Shown in pieces: positions 41,742 through 50,580 of a stretch of DNA of 64,000 nt. Position numbers and translations under genes: made by a program. Where the stretch lies: NCBI GenBank assembly GCA_963816145.1, contig CAWFJP010000005.1:256001-320000 (forward strand), written 5' to 3'. Under the pieces are notes generated by a model, which worked only from the letters and a program-made list of their open reading frames with translations, searched no databases and had not been told where the DNA came from. The DNA is from an uncultured delta proteobacterium (GTDB lineage Bacteria > Desulfobacterota > Binatia > UBA9968). The stretch's first letter is position 1; every line of letters starts with the position of its first letter.

Positions 41742-41820
41742 CGTCATTCCGGCGCAGGCCGGAATCCATCTTCACTTTCCTGTAAATCCACGAACCTGGA
41801 TACCGCTTTCGCGGGTATGA
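41742..41820. repeat. CGTC-type palindromic (REP/dRS3-like) inverted pair
   Basis: cgtcattccggcgcaggccggaatcca ... tggataccgctttcgcgggtatga; related copies at 47207 and 50353. Confidence 0.75.
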
Positions 41821-41875
41821 TTTGAGCAAGAGTTGGCCATTGAGTGGCGTCTTGGTGTCCGGCGGGCGTTCCAAT

Positions 41876-43225
41876 TCAGGTCTTCTGTTTGATCGTCTCA
41901 CTCACCTGACGGTGTAACTCACGCAGCGCATCGCTGTATTCGACCGGGTAGGCGGCGGGATTGCGAATGTCTTTGACGGCGTCGTCGAGGCGGTAAAATT
42001 CCTCGAGAAATCTTTCCCGCGAGGTTGTCAACGGCGGCGATTTCAGTGCGCGGCCGTTGTCCATGACCTTTTCGAGCAGCGGTTCGCTATCTGCGAGTTT
42101 TTCATCGCGTCGGCTGAGCACATCTTGGCGCAACTGTAGGCGGTCATTCAAACGGCGAAACACCTGCTTCTTTCCGGGCCAGGAAGTTTTCCCAGTGCTG
42201 AGTTTCTGCACGGGGCGGCCGGCGTATTCGACCATCTTGTAAGACATGTCGGTCCACGGTGCGTCGGCTGAGGTGCCCATCTTGGTGCCGACGCCGTAGC
42301 TGTCGAAGGGGATTTGCGCGGCGGAGAAGTCGGCGAGATCGTATTCATCTAGGCCGCCGCTGCCGAGAATTTTGACTTGTTGCAGCCCGGCATCGTCGAG
42401 GATTTGACGCACGGCGCGTGCCTGTGCCGGTAGATGGCCGCTATCGATACGCACGCCGATGAGCTTCTCGCCGCGCTCGGCTAGTTCCTTGCCGACGGTC
42501 GCGGCGTTACGCGCGCCAGCCACTGTGTCGTAGGTATCGATCAACAGGGTCGTGGCGCGCGGAAAGCTCTCGGCGTAGGCGCGGAAGGCGTCGATTTCAC
42601 GTTCGAAGCTCATGACGAACGAATGCGCCATGGTGCCGACGATGGGGACGGCGTAATTTTTTCCAGCCAAGACATTGCTTGTGCCCGCGAAGCCGGCGAG
42701 ATAGCTGGCGCGAGCCACTTTCATGCCGGCGTCGGTGCCGTGCGTCCGGCGCAGGGCGAAGTCGACGACCGGCCTGCCGGCGGCGGCATGGAGGCAACGA
42801 GCGGCTTTGGTGGCGATCAAGCTTTGCAGATGGATTTGATTAATGATGAAGGTTTCCGCGATCTGCGCTTGGATTACCGGCGCGGTGATCTCGAGCACCG
42901 GCTCGTCTATGAAAAACAACCGTCCTTCGGGGATCGCCCACACTTCGCCGGTGAATCTCACATCAACCAGGTAATGGAGAAAATCGTCGGTGAAAATCTT
43001 CTGCGCCGCAAGATAGTCGAGGGCCGCGTTATCGAAGGAGAAATTTTCCAAATAATCGAGCACATCAGACAGTCCGGCGGCGACGAAGTAGCCGCGGTTG
43101 GGCGGATAACTGCGGATGAATAGGCTGAAAGTCGCCTCGCTGAGCCGTTGCTCGCGGAAGTAGCCTTGAGCCATGGTGAGCTGGTAGAGGTCGGTGAGTA
43201 AGGTTAGATTTGCCTGGCCTTGCAT
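41876..43225 (-). CDS. pncB: Nicotinate phosphoribosyltransferase
   Basis: LLTDLYQLTM, DFALRR, GTMAHS, LIDTYD, GVRIDSG, YGVGT. Confidence 0.94.
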   Translation of the reverse strand: MQGQANLTLLTDLYQLTMAQGYFREQRLSEATFSLFIRSYPPNRGYFVAAGLSDVLDYLENFSFDNAALDYLAAQKIFTDDFLHYLVDVRFTGEVWAIPEGRLFFIDEPVLEITAPVIQAQIAETFIINQIHLQSLIATKAARCLHAAAGRPVVDFALRRTHGTDAGMKVARASYLAGFAGTSNVLAGKNYAVPIVGTMAHSFVMSFEREIDAFRAYAESFPRATTLLIDTYDTVAGARNAATVGKELAERGEKLIGVRIDSGHLPAQARAVRQILDDAGLQQVKILGSGGLDEYDLADFSAAQIPFDSYGVGTKMGTSADAPWTDMSYKMVEYAGRPVQKLSTGKTSWPGKKQVFRRLNDRLQLRQDVLSRRDEKLADSEPLLEKVMDNGRALKSPPLTTSRERFLEEFYRLDDAVKDIRNPAAYPVEYSDALRELHRQVSETIKQKT

Positions 43226-43372
43226 AAATCTGATTCGCCTGCGATCGCTAGGCAATTCAATACCGGGATCGCGCCTCGCAGGCAAGCTACTCCTGTTGAT
43301 TTGTCGGGACTGTTTTGTTAAGAATTTCGTATAGGTTACAACTAATTAGCCATCGATTAGGAGGCATTATTA

Positions 43373-44095
43373 ATGTTTACCGATAAGGTCGATTTGAAGG
43401 ACTTTGAAAAGCAGGATCCGGAATACCAGGACTTGCTCCGGCGTGTTCTGTCGATCCAGGCGGATTGTGAGATCGGCGGTCCCAATCTCTACGTGAAAGA
43501 CATTTTGCCGAATGCGCCGACCAAGCTCGATCAGCTGATCGTCGCGCGCACGGCGGCGGAAGAGATGGACCATTATCGCAAGATCGCCAAGCTTGCCGGC
43601 GATATCGGCGTCGATGTTTCCTTCGTCCTCAGCCGTCCCAATAAAGATCGCTATGTCGAGGCGTTTCGCGGTGAAATTAAAACCTGGGAAGACTACGCGG
43701 TGTTCGGTTTCTTGATCGACCGCGTCGGTCGCTTTCAGCTGGAAGAATTTATCGGATGCACTTACTTGCCGCTGGCCCGCGTGGTTGAAGATCCTGATAT
43801 GATCCGCGAAGAAGAAGGGCATATCGATTTCGGCGTCAATGCAAGCGCGGAGTGGGCGGCCAAAGGTGGTGAAACGAAAGCGAGAATTCAGAAGGCGGTC
43901 AACTACTGGTACGTCAAGGGACTCGATATGTTCGGCAACAGCAAGTCGTACCGTTCCGAACGGTACATGCATTGGGGTTTGAAGCGCCGCACCAACGCCG
44001 AGGCTCGCGCGATATACAAGGAAGAAATCGATGGCTTGCTAAAAAAAATGGATCTAGAGATTCCCGATCCAAATAAGGGCCGGCTCTATACCTAG
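43373..44095 (+). CDS. PaaA/BoxB-like ferritin-fold diiron protein
   Basis: QADCE, AEEMDH, FLIDR, REEEGH ligand set; NYWY...LDMFG, WGLKRRTN resembles PaaA; AGGAGG RBS. Confidence 0.82.
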   Translation: MFTDKVDLKDFEKQDPEYQDLLRRVLSIQADCEIGGPNLYVKDILPNAPTKLDQLIVARTAAEEMDHYRKIAKLAGDIGVDVSFVLSRPNKDRYVEAFRGEIKTWEDYAVFGFLIDRVGRFQLEEFIGCTYLPLARVVEDPDMIREEEGHIDFGVNASAEWAAKGGETKARIQKAVNYWYVKGLDMFGNSKSYRSERYMHWGLKRRTNAEARAIYKEEIDGLLKKMDLEIPDPNKGRLYT

Positions 44096-44112
44096 TTCGA
44101 AGGAAAAAACTC

Positions 44113-44304
44113 ATGGAAGCAGCACCAAATACTGATGCATTGGACCAGCAGTTCAAAGAGTTCATTCAAGCATTGAAAAAAGCCGTAGGCACCGGCATTC
44201 CCCATCTCAAAGACGATCCAAAAGTCGTTGACCAGGCGATCACCGATTGCAAGGAAATCTTGGATGTGGTGATGGAGGGAAATGTCAAGGAGTGGATCTC
44301 CTAA
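44113..44304 (+). CDS. Small acidic hypothetical protein (63 aa)
   Basis: Starts 17 nt after the diiron gene, AAGGA RBS, amphipathic helical pattern. Confidence 0.7.
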   Translation: MEAAPNTDALDQQFKEFIQALKKAVGTGIPHLKDDPKVVDQAITDCKEILDVVMEGNVKEWIS

Positions 44305-44419
44305 ACATCGGTTCCTCGCTCATTTCCGACGAATTAAGCTTCATGACAAGGCGCCTGGATGGAACGGGCGCCTTTGTCGTATCTATAACCAGTAAATCTA
44401 AGCACGGGAGAACGGGACA

Positions 44420-45199
44420 TTGAACGTTATCGTATGCGGCAAGGTTATCCCCGCCAGCACGGTCACCATCGAGATCGATGCTAATACCAATCGGCTGGTC
44501 CGCAAGGGCGTACCGCACGAGCTCGATCCAGCCGCGGCGAGCGCGGTCGAAGAGGGGTTGCGCCTGACCGAAAAGCACGGCGGCACGGTGGTGCTGGTGA
44601 CCATGGGGACCAGCGATGCCACCATCGGCATTCGCAATGCTCTCGCCATGGGCGTTACTTCGGCGGTGCATATTCTCGACGACTCAGTGGCCGGCTCCGA
44701 TACCCTCGGTACGGCCAAGCTTCTCGCCGCTGCGATCAAGAAACAGGAATACGATCTGGTACTTTGCGCGACCGAAAGCGGCGACAGCTACTCCGGCATC
44801 GTCCATGGACAGATCGCCCAGCTTCTCGGACTGCCGCCGCTCACCTTCGCCAAGGAAGTCTCTGTCGAGGGCGGCAAGATCACGATCAAACGCCAGAGTG
44901 AATCGGGTTTCGATACCGTCGAGTCGACCTTGCCGGCGTTGGTGGCGTGCAGCAGCGGTATCAACGAACCGCGCTATCCGCAGTTGAAGGGCATCATGGC
45001 GGCGAAGAAAAAAGAGATCAAAGTCTACAGCGCCGCCGATCTCGGTTTGTCGCCGGATCAAGTGGGTGAAAAAGGCGCGCGCGAAAAAGTTCTAACCATT
45101 GGCCGGCCGCCCAAACGGCAAGCCGGCAAAGCGGTAACCGACGAAGGGGAAGGCGGCAAGCAGATCGCGGATTTTCTTGCTGAAATCAAGGTGATCTAA
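44420..45199 (+). CDS. etfB: Electron transfer flavoprotein beta subunit
   Basis: TTG start after GGAG; ALAMG, GSDTLGTA, INEPRYP.LKGIM.AKKKEI. Confidence 0.93.
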   Translation: MNVIVCGKVIPASTVTIEIDANTNRLVRKGVPHELDPAAASAVEEGLRLTEKHGGTVVLVTMGTSDATIGIRNALAMGVTSAVHILDDSVAGSDTLGTAKLLAAAIKKQEYDLVLCATESGDSYSGIVHGQIAQLLGLPPLTFAKEVSVEGGKITIKRQSESGFDTVESTLPALVACSSGINEPRYPQLKGIMAAKKKEIKVYSAADLGLSPDQVGEKGAREKVLTIGRPPKRQAGKAVTDEGEGGKQIADFLAEIKVI

Positions 45200-46168
45200 G
45201 TGGCGGACACAATCTGGGTATACGCGGAAATTAGCGACGATAAGATAACCACCACGTCGTTGGAGATGTTAGCCAAGGCCGCCGAAGTCGGCAAGGCCGA
45301 GGCAGTCCTGCTCGGACCGGCGCCGGACGAAGCCGTGCAGACATTGGCGAATCACGGCGCCAGCAAGATCTTCCGCTCGGCGGACGCTGTCTACAAAGAT
45401 TATCTGACTTTGCCTGCGGCGGAGACCGTCGCGGGTTTGATTCAGGAGCATAATCCGGCGGTGATGTTGTTCGCATCGAGCTATGCTGGACGCGACTTAG
45501 TCGCCAACTTGAGCGCCCGGCTCGACTGCGGCGCGATCACCGATGTCGGTGATTTCGAGCTCAAAGACGGCAGTGTCGTTGCCAGCATTCCTGCGCTTGG
45601 CGCGAGCTATCAGAACACCAGCACATTGCTCAATCAAGGAACCAAGCTTCTAGTCGTGCGGCCGAAGTCGTTTGAACCGAAAGAAAATCAGCAAGCCCTG
45701 GCGGTAGTAGAGTTGCCGGCGGCGGCGGGCGATGGCTTGCGCAAAGTTCACATTAAAGAGCGGGTCGTCGTCAAACGTGAGGGGCCGTCGCTCGAAGGCG
45801 CCAAGATCGTCGTATCAGGTGGCCGCGGCCTCAAGGGAGAAGAGCAATTCAGCTTGCTGAAAGATCTTGCCGATGTGCTCGGCGGCGCCGTGGGCGCGAG
45901 CCGTGCCGCGGTCGATGCCGGCTGGGTGCCCTACGCCATGCAGATCGGCCAAACCGGTAAGACCGTCAAGCCGGACATTTATTTTGCAGTCGGCATTTCC
46001 GGCGCCGTGCAGCATCTCTCGGGAATGAAGACGTCCAAATACATCATCACCATCAACAAAGATCCCGATGCGCCGATTTTCCAGTACTCCGACTTCGGCG
46101 TCGTCGGCGATCTCTTCAAAATCGTGCCGCAGTTGATCGAAGAGCTGAAGAAGCGCAAAGGCGCTTAG
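45200..46168 (+). CDS. etfA: Electron transfer flavoprotein alpha subunit
   Basis: [40 protein letters not shown]. Confidence 0.95.
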   Translation: MADTIWVYAEISDDKITTTSLEMLAKAAEVGKAEAVLLGPAPDEAVQTLANHGASKIFRSADAVYKDYLTLPAAETVAGLIQEHNPAVMLFASSYAGRDLVANLSARLDCGAITDVGDFELKDGSVVASIPALGASYQNTSTLLNQGTKLLVVRPKSFEPKENQQALAVVELPAAAGDGLRKVHIKERVVVKREGPSLEGAKIVVSGGRGLKGEEQFSLLKDLADVLGGAVGASRAAVDAGWVPYAMQIGQTGKTVKPDIYFAVGISGAVQHLSGMKTSKYIITINKDPDAPIFQYSDFGVVGDLFKIVPQLIEELKKRKGA

Positions 46169-46211
46169 CTTTCAGAACTATTCACCGCAAATAACGCAGA
46201 GTACGAAAAGT

Positions 46212-46242
46212 AAAGGGGCGGGTCTTGGACCCGCCTTTTTTT
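46212..46242 (+). terminator. Intrinsic terminator after etfA
   Basis: ggcgggtc-ttg-gacccgcc followed by a T run; related copy at 47047-47075. Confidence 0.75.
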
Positions 46243-46280
46243 CTTGCATCGTTGTTTTTGCCAAAATACTATCGTGCTCA

Positions 46281-46811
46281 ATGGGTACCCGCGAAAAAAA
46301 ACAGCCGCTTTGCATTGTAATCGCGGGTCCGAACGGCGCGGGCAAAACTACATTTGCACGCGATTATTTACCGCGAACCGCTCGTGTCGTCCATTTTGTC
46401 AACGCTGACCTAATTGCCAGTGGACTATCGCCGCTCCGACCGGATCTAGCGGCGTTAGCCGCCGGGCGTCTCGTTCTTAAAGAAGTTGACCGTCTCGCCA
46501 AGGCCAGGAGCAATTTTTCTTTCGAAAGCACTTTGAGTGGCTTGGTTTATTTGCGTCGGTTGAAACGTTGGAAGGCGGCCGGTTACCGGATTGAGATTAT
46601 TTATCTCTATCTTTCGTCGCCTCAATTGGCGCTGCGCCGTATAACTGCGCGCGTTAAGCAGGGCGGGCACGCCGTGCCGCCGGCGGACGTGCTGCGTCGT
46701 TTTTCACGGAGCTGGGTGAACTTTCAAAACTCTTATTGTCTTTTAGCTGATGAGTGGACGGTGTATGATAACTCTGGTGATAAGCCGCGTATGTTGGCGC
46801 AACGATTATGA
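46281..46811 (+). CDS. Zeta-toxin-like P-loop ATPase/kinase
   Basis: IAGPNGAGKTT, FVNADLIA, FESTLSG, RVKQGGH.VP, YDNS. Confidence 0.85.
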   Translation: MGTREKKQPLCIVIAGPNGAGKTTFARDYLPRTARVVHFVNADLIASGLSPLRPDLAALAAGRLVLKEVDRLAKARSNFSFESTLSGLVYLRRLKRWKAAGYRIEIIYLYLSSPQLALRRITARVKQGGHAVPPADVLRRFSRSWVNFQNSYCLLADEWTVYDNSGDKPRMLAQRL

Positions 46812-46966
46812 AAAAAAACGATAAGAAACCGAGTCCATCAAGGTTTTCCATTGCCGTCGGACGATCGCTGCGCCGCGCGGCCAAGGCCGCGCGCAAGACA
46901 GCGCGCATGCACGGAACTCCGATTTACTTATGGAAGGACGGTAAAGTCGTCGCTGAGAAACCGTGA
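46808..46966 (+). CDS. Small basic partner protein (52 aa), possible antitoxin
   Basis: Below the ORF-track cutoff. ATGA overlap; MKKNDKKPSPSRFSIAVGRSLRRAAKAARKTARMHGTPIYLWKDGKVVAEKP, the G.P...W.DGKVV type seen beside these ATPases. Confidence 0.75.
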   Translation: MKKNDKKPSPSRFSIAVGRSLRRAAKAARKTARMHGTPIYLWKDGKVVAEKP

Positions 46967-47206
46967 TAAACTCTACCGAGGCGACGGCGGCGTCAATTTG
47001 GCACCGCAATTGATCAAAGATATCAAAAAAGGCAAGGGCGCGTAGTAGGGGCGGGTCTAAGACCTGCCCTTTTTTGTATTCGTGGACTGAGAGCGTGCGG
47101 AGATTTTTGGCGTTGCCGTAAGGTCGTTGTGCCTCCGTGTTGCTACTGGTGATTCCTCACCTCCGTGCCCAGGTCCCTGAATCTGTCGACTCTCAATTGA
47201 CTTACC

Positions 47207-47308
47207 ATCCGTCATTCCGGCGGACGCCGGAATCCAGGTTTCCTCAACGGTAGAGAAGTATCTATCGATCAAAGATACTGGATGCCGGCTTGCGCCGGCA
47301 TGACGGAT
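47207..47308. repeat. CGTC-type palindromic inverted pair
   Basis: atccgtcattccggcggacgccggaatccag ... ctggatgccggcttgcgccggcatgacggat. Confidence 0.78.
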
Positions 47309-47329
47309 CTTCACTTCGCCTAATGGCGG

Positions 47330-47909
47330 CTAACCTTTAAGCACACCAGTAGCTCTCGCCGTGTGCGTGGCGATGGCGTCCATCAGACGCCGGCGACAGG
47401 CAGTCGTAGGGCTCCAGCTTCAACTCTTTCAGCCGCGCTCTCACGGCGCCCATGTTGGCGGGATCGGCGCCGGACTCGATGATCGACGAGACAAACGCGG
47501 CGAACTCCGGCGGCGCCCAACCTGGTTCCGAAGAAAGCTCCGTGTGGATGAAATCGAAGCCGTAGAAGGGATGCTTGGCGTTGTCGATGCGGCCGTACAT
47601 ATGCACGCCGCAGCCGCTGCAAGCGTAGCGTTTGATCGCTGCGTTGGCGTCGACGACTTTCAGCTTGTCGCCGTTGGCGGTCACCGAGAGATTGTCGCGG
47701 CTGACCACGGCGACCTGGGAAAACAGCGCACCAGCCGGTTTCCAGCATTTGGTGCAACCGCAGACATGATTGTGCGCGCATTGGCCATTGATGGTAACCG
47801 CGACTTTCTTGTCGGCGCAGCGGCACAGTAGGGTGCCACCGGCGAAATTCGCCGCAGCTGGCTTTACGCCCTGATCGACCGCTGGGTGAATCGAGATTGG
47901 GGATGTCAT
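47330..47909 (-). CDS. gfa: S-(hydroxymethyl)glutathione synthase (formaldehyde-activating enzyme), apparent frameshift near 47387
   Basis: [41 protein letters not shown]. Removing one base restores the tail [18 protein letters not shown]. Confidence 0.9.
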
Positions 47910-48088
47910 GTTGGATTCCTCCTGGCGAAATCTTGATCGATTAGTCTTAACGCAATACCGTGGATCGACGCAAGCTTGATCTTCATCGCCTGTGTTAAGT
48001 TGACGATTGTGTCGAACCAGTAGTAGAAGAGCAATGCATCGGCGCATCATAATTCCAACCGATGCATTCGTTTGCGGAGAGTTGAGTC

Positions 48089-49135
48089 ATGAAAAGATCA
48101 TTCCCCGTCATCGATGCCGACGGCCACATTCTCGAAAAGGATCACGAGCTGCGCGAGTATCTCCCGCCTGAGTTTCGCGCTGTGCCGGGGAAGCGCGAGT
48201 ATCCGTTGTTTTCCTGGGATGGCTGGGCGCGCGGTGCGCTATCGCCGACCAAGCGGGAGCATCCGAGCGTCGAGCTATGGATGCGTTTTCTCGATGCGAC
48301 GGAGATTGCGCTCACCGTTCTTTATCCTAACGAAGGACTGAATATCGGTTTGCAGCGCGATCGCGATTGGGCCGTCGGTTTGGCGCGGGCGTACAACGAC
48401 TGGCTGCATCATGATTTTCTGAGCGTCAGCCCGCGTTTCCAGGGTGTGGCGCTGTTGGCGCCCCAAGAGCCCCAGGAGGCCGCCAAAGAATTGAAACGCG
48501 CGGTGCGCGAGCGCGGCATGGTCGCCGGTATGTTGCCCGGCGTGATGAGCCCGATGAAGGGACTGGGTTTGCCGGAGTTCGATCCGATCTACGCGATGGC
48601 GGAAAAGCTCGACGTGCCGCTCGCCGTTCATAGCGGCCCGGCGGTGGAGCTGGGCTTGGAGCATATGCAATCTTTCGCCGGCGTTTATCCGCTCAGCCAT
48701 CCGTTTGCGCAGATGCAGCAATTGACCAGCATGATGATCTACGGCGTGTTCGAACGGTTCCCCAAGCTGCGCGTCGCATTCCTCGAATCTGGCTGTGGCT
48801 GGGTGCCGTATATGGCGGATCGATTGGACGAGAGCTGGGAGCACCGGCGCAACCGCTGGCCACACCCAACCAAGCGATCGCCGAGCGAGATCATGAGCGG
48901 CGGTAATTTATACTACGCTTGCGAGCGGGAAGAGCGCACCTTGGCCACGGTGGCAGATATGATCGGCGCGGGGCAGCTTTTATGGGCGTCCGATTTTCCC
49001 CACGAGAGGCCTTGGGATGAGTTCAGCGGTGATATCGATACGCTGGTTAACCGGAAGGATTTGCCGGAGGGGCTACCGCGGAAAATTTTGTTTGATAACC
49101 CCAGGCGGTTTTATAAGTTGAAACTGGACGGGTAA
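48089..49135 (+). CDS. Amidohydrolase_2 family protein
   Basis: IDADGH, AYNDW, LAVH, FERFPKLRVAFLESG.GW, SDFPH. Confidence 0.9.
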   Translation: MKRSFPVIDADGHILEKDHELREYLPPEFRAVPGKREYPLFSWDGWARGALSPTKREHPSVELWMRFLDATEIALTVLYPNEGLNIGLQRDRDWAVGLARAYNDWLHHDFLSVSPRFQGVALLAPQEPQEAAKELKRAVRERGMVAGMLPGVMSPMKGLGLPEFDPIYAMAEKLDVPLAVHSGPAVELGLEHMQSFAGVYPLSHPFAQMQQLTSMMIYGVFERFPKLRVAFLESGCGWVPYMADRLDESWEHRRNRWPHPTKRSPSEIMSGGNLYYACEREERTLATVADMIGAGQLLWASDFPHERPWDEFSGDIDTLVNRKDLPEGLPRKILFDNPRRFYKLKLDG

Positions 49136-49236
49136 CGGATCGTTCAAAGGTTCAAATGTTCAACGACAGAATCCGGATCCGACCTTGAACCCTTGAACTT
49201 TTGAACCTTGAACGGGCTTCGATACAGAGGTTAGCA

Positions 49237-50151
49237 ATGCGCGTACTGATAACCGGCGCCGGCCTAATAGGTACTCACACCGCTAAAGAGCTATTGGACC
49301 GCGGCGATGAGGTGACGTTTTTCGATTTCGCACCACGGCCGGATTATATCCGGCAAGTGACCGGCAAGGACGTGCCAGTGCTGCGCGGCGACATCCGCGA
49401 TTTAGCAGCGCTGGTGGATGCCTTTCAGACAGCGCGGCCGGAATGCGTGATTCATTTGGCCGCGTCGGTGGGCGAGGCCAATATCAACAACGTCTACACT
49501 GGGTTCCAAATAAACTTAGTCGCTGCCATCAACGTCGCCGAGGCGGTGCGCCTGGCGGGAGTGCGCAGGCTGGTGCACGCGAGCACGCAGGCGGTCTATT
49601 CCGGCGAGGATCCGAAAGAGCTGCTGCGCGAGGACTCGCCGATCGACTGCCGCGAGCGGGTGTACAATGCTTCGAAGATCGGCTGCGAACATGTGCTGCG
49701 CACCTACTCGGCGAAACACAAGATCGAGCTGGCGCTACTGCGTTTTGCCGGTGTCTACGGCTATCATTCGGTCTCCGGCGGTCCCGGTGTAGCGGTGCAG
49801 CAGGCAGTGTGGGACGCCATGGCGGGCAGGCCGGTGGTGCTCAATGTCTATGAAACCGTCGATTTCATTTATGTTAAGGATTTGGCGCACGGAATCGCCC
49901 TGGCCGTGCACACTTCGCCGTTGCCGCATAACGTGTATAACCTGGGCAGCGGCAGGTTGACGACCGTGGAAGATGTCGAAGCCTCGCTGACGGCGATCTT
50001 TCCCGGCATAAACATGAGACGGGGCAAGCTGACGCTGGCGCGCCCGCGCATGGATATCACAAGAGCGCAGACGGAATTGGGCTACAAACCGGAGTACAAG
50101 CTGGAAGCCGGACTGCGCGATTACATCGCCGAGTTGAAGAAGGGAAGTTAA
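49237..50151 (+). CDS. NAD-dependent epimerase/dehydratase (extended SDR)
   Basis: [30 protein letters not shown]. Confidence 0.9.
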   Translation: MRVLITGAGLIGTHTAKELLDRGDEVTFFDFAPRPDYIRQVTGKDVPVLRGDIRDLAALVDAFQTARPECVIHLAASVGEANINNVYTGFQINLVAAINVAEAVRLAGVRRLVHASTQAVYSGEDPKELLREDSPIDCRERVYNASKIGCEHVLRTYSAKHKIELALLRFAGVYGYHSVSGGPGVAVQQAVWDAMAGRPVVLNVYETVDFIYVKDLAHGIALAVHTSPLPHNVYNLGSGRLTTVEDVEASLTAIFPGINMRRGKLTLARPRMDITRAQTELGYKPEYKLEAGLRDYIAELKKGS

Positions 50152-50550
50152 CCACAAAGGGCATTCGGTCACCCCCAGCTTCATCCTCCCCCGCATCGCG
50201 GGGGAGGAAAGAGGAGGGGGATTGGTCGCAGAGAACGCAAAGCACACAAAGGTAGGAGATTGCAATTCACCACGAAGTGTCCATGAGCTTACGCTCGTCT
50301 ACAGAGTATGAAATTGCAGCCCTCCCAGCACCACAGGGTTGCTCCCTTGATTTGTCATGCCGGCGAAGGTCGGCATCCAGGGGCGGGAGGGGATGGATAC
50401 CGGCTTTCGTCGGTATGACGGAAGCCTCATGCCAATTCGTCGCCCAGATCGTACCTGCACATGCATTTTCTGAGGAGGACACGAAGAGCACAAATTCCGA
50501 AGAATAGTTATCCGAAACCTTCGTGTCCTTCGTGATCTTCGTGGTGAGTA
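50152..50550. repeat. Composite of nested palindromic/repeat elements
   Basis: cctcccccgc-atc-gcgggggagg palindrome (50172-50220), CGTC-type pair (50353-50420), 9-nt-period cacgaag/cttcgtg arms (50478-50548). Confidence 0.7.
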
Positions 50551-50580
50551 AGAATTGCACAATCATAGGAGACACTCACG

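Noticed and set aside
46281-46966. Prophage or IS element
   Set aside because: No integrase, transposase or phage genes; only the flanking duplication is supported.
50267-50575. ORFs in the 50.15-50.58 kb gap
   Set aside because: They are translations of repeat elements (e.g. VIPTKAGIH, LTTKITKDTK).
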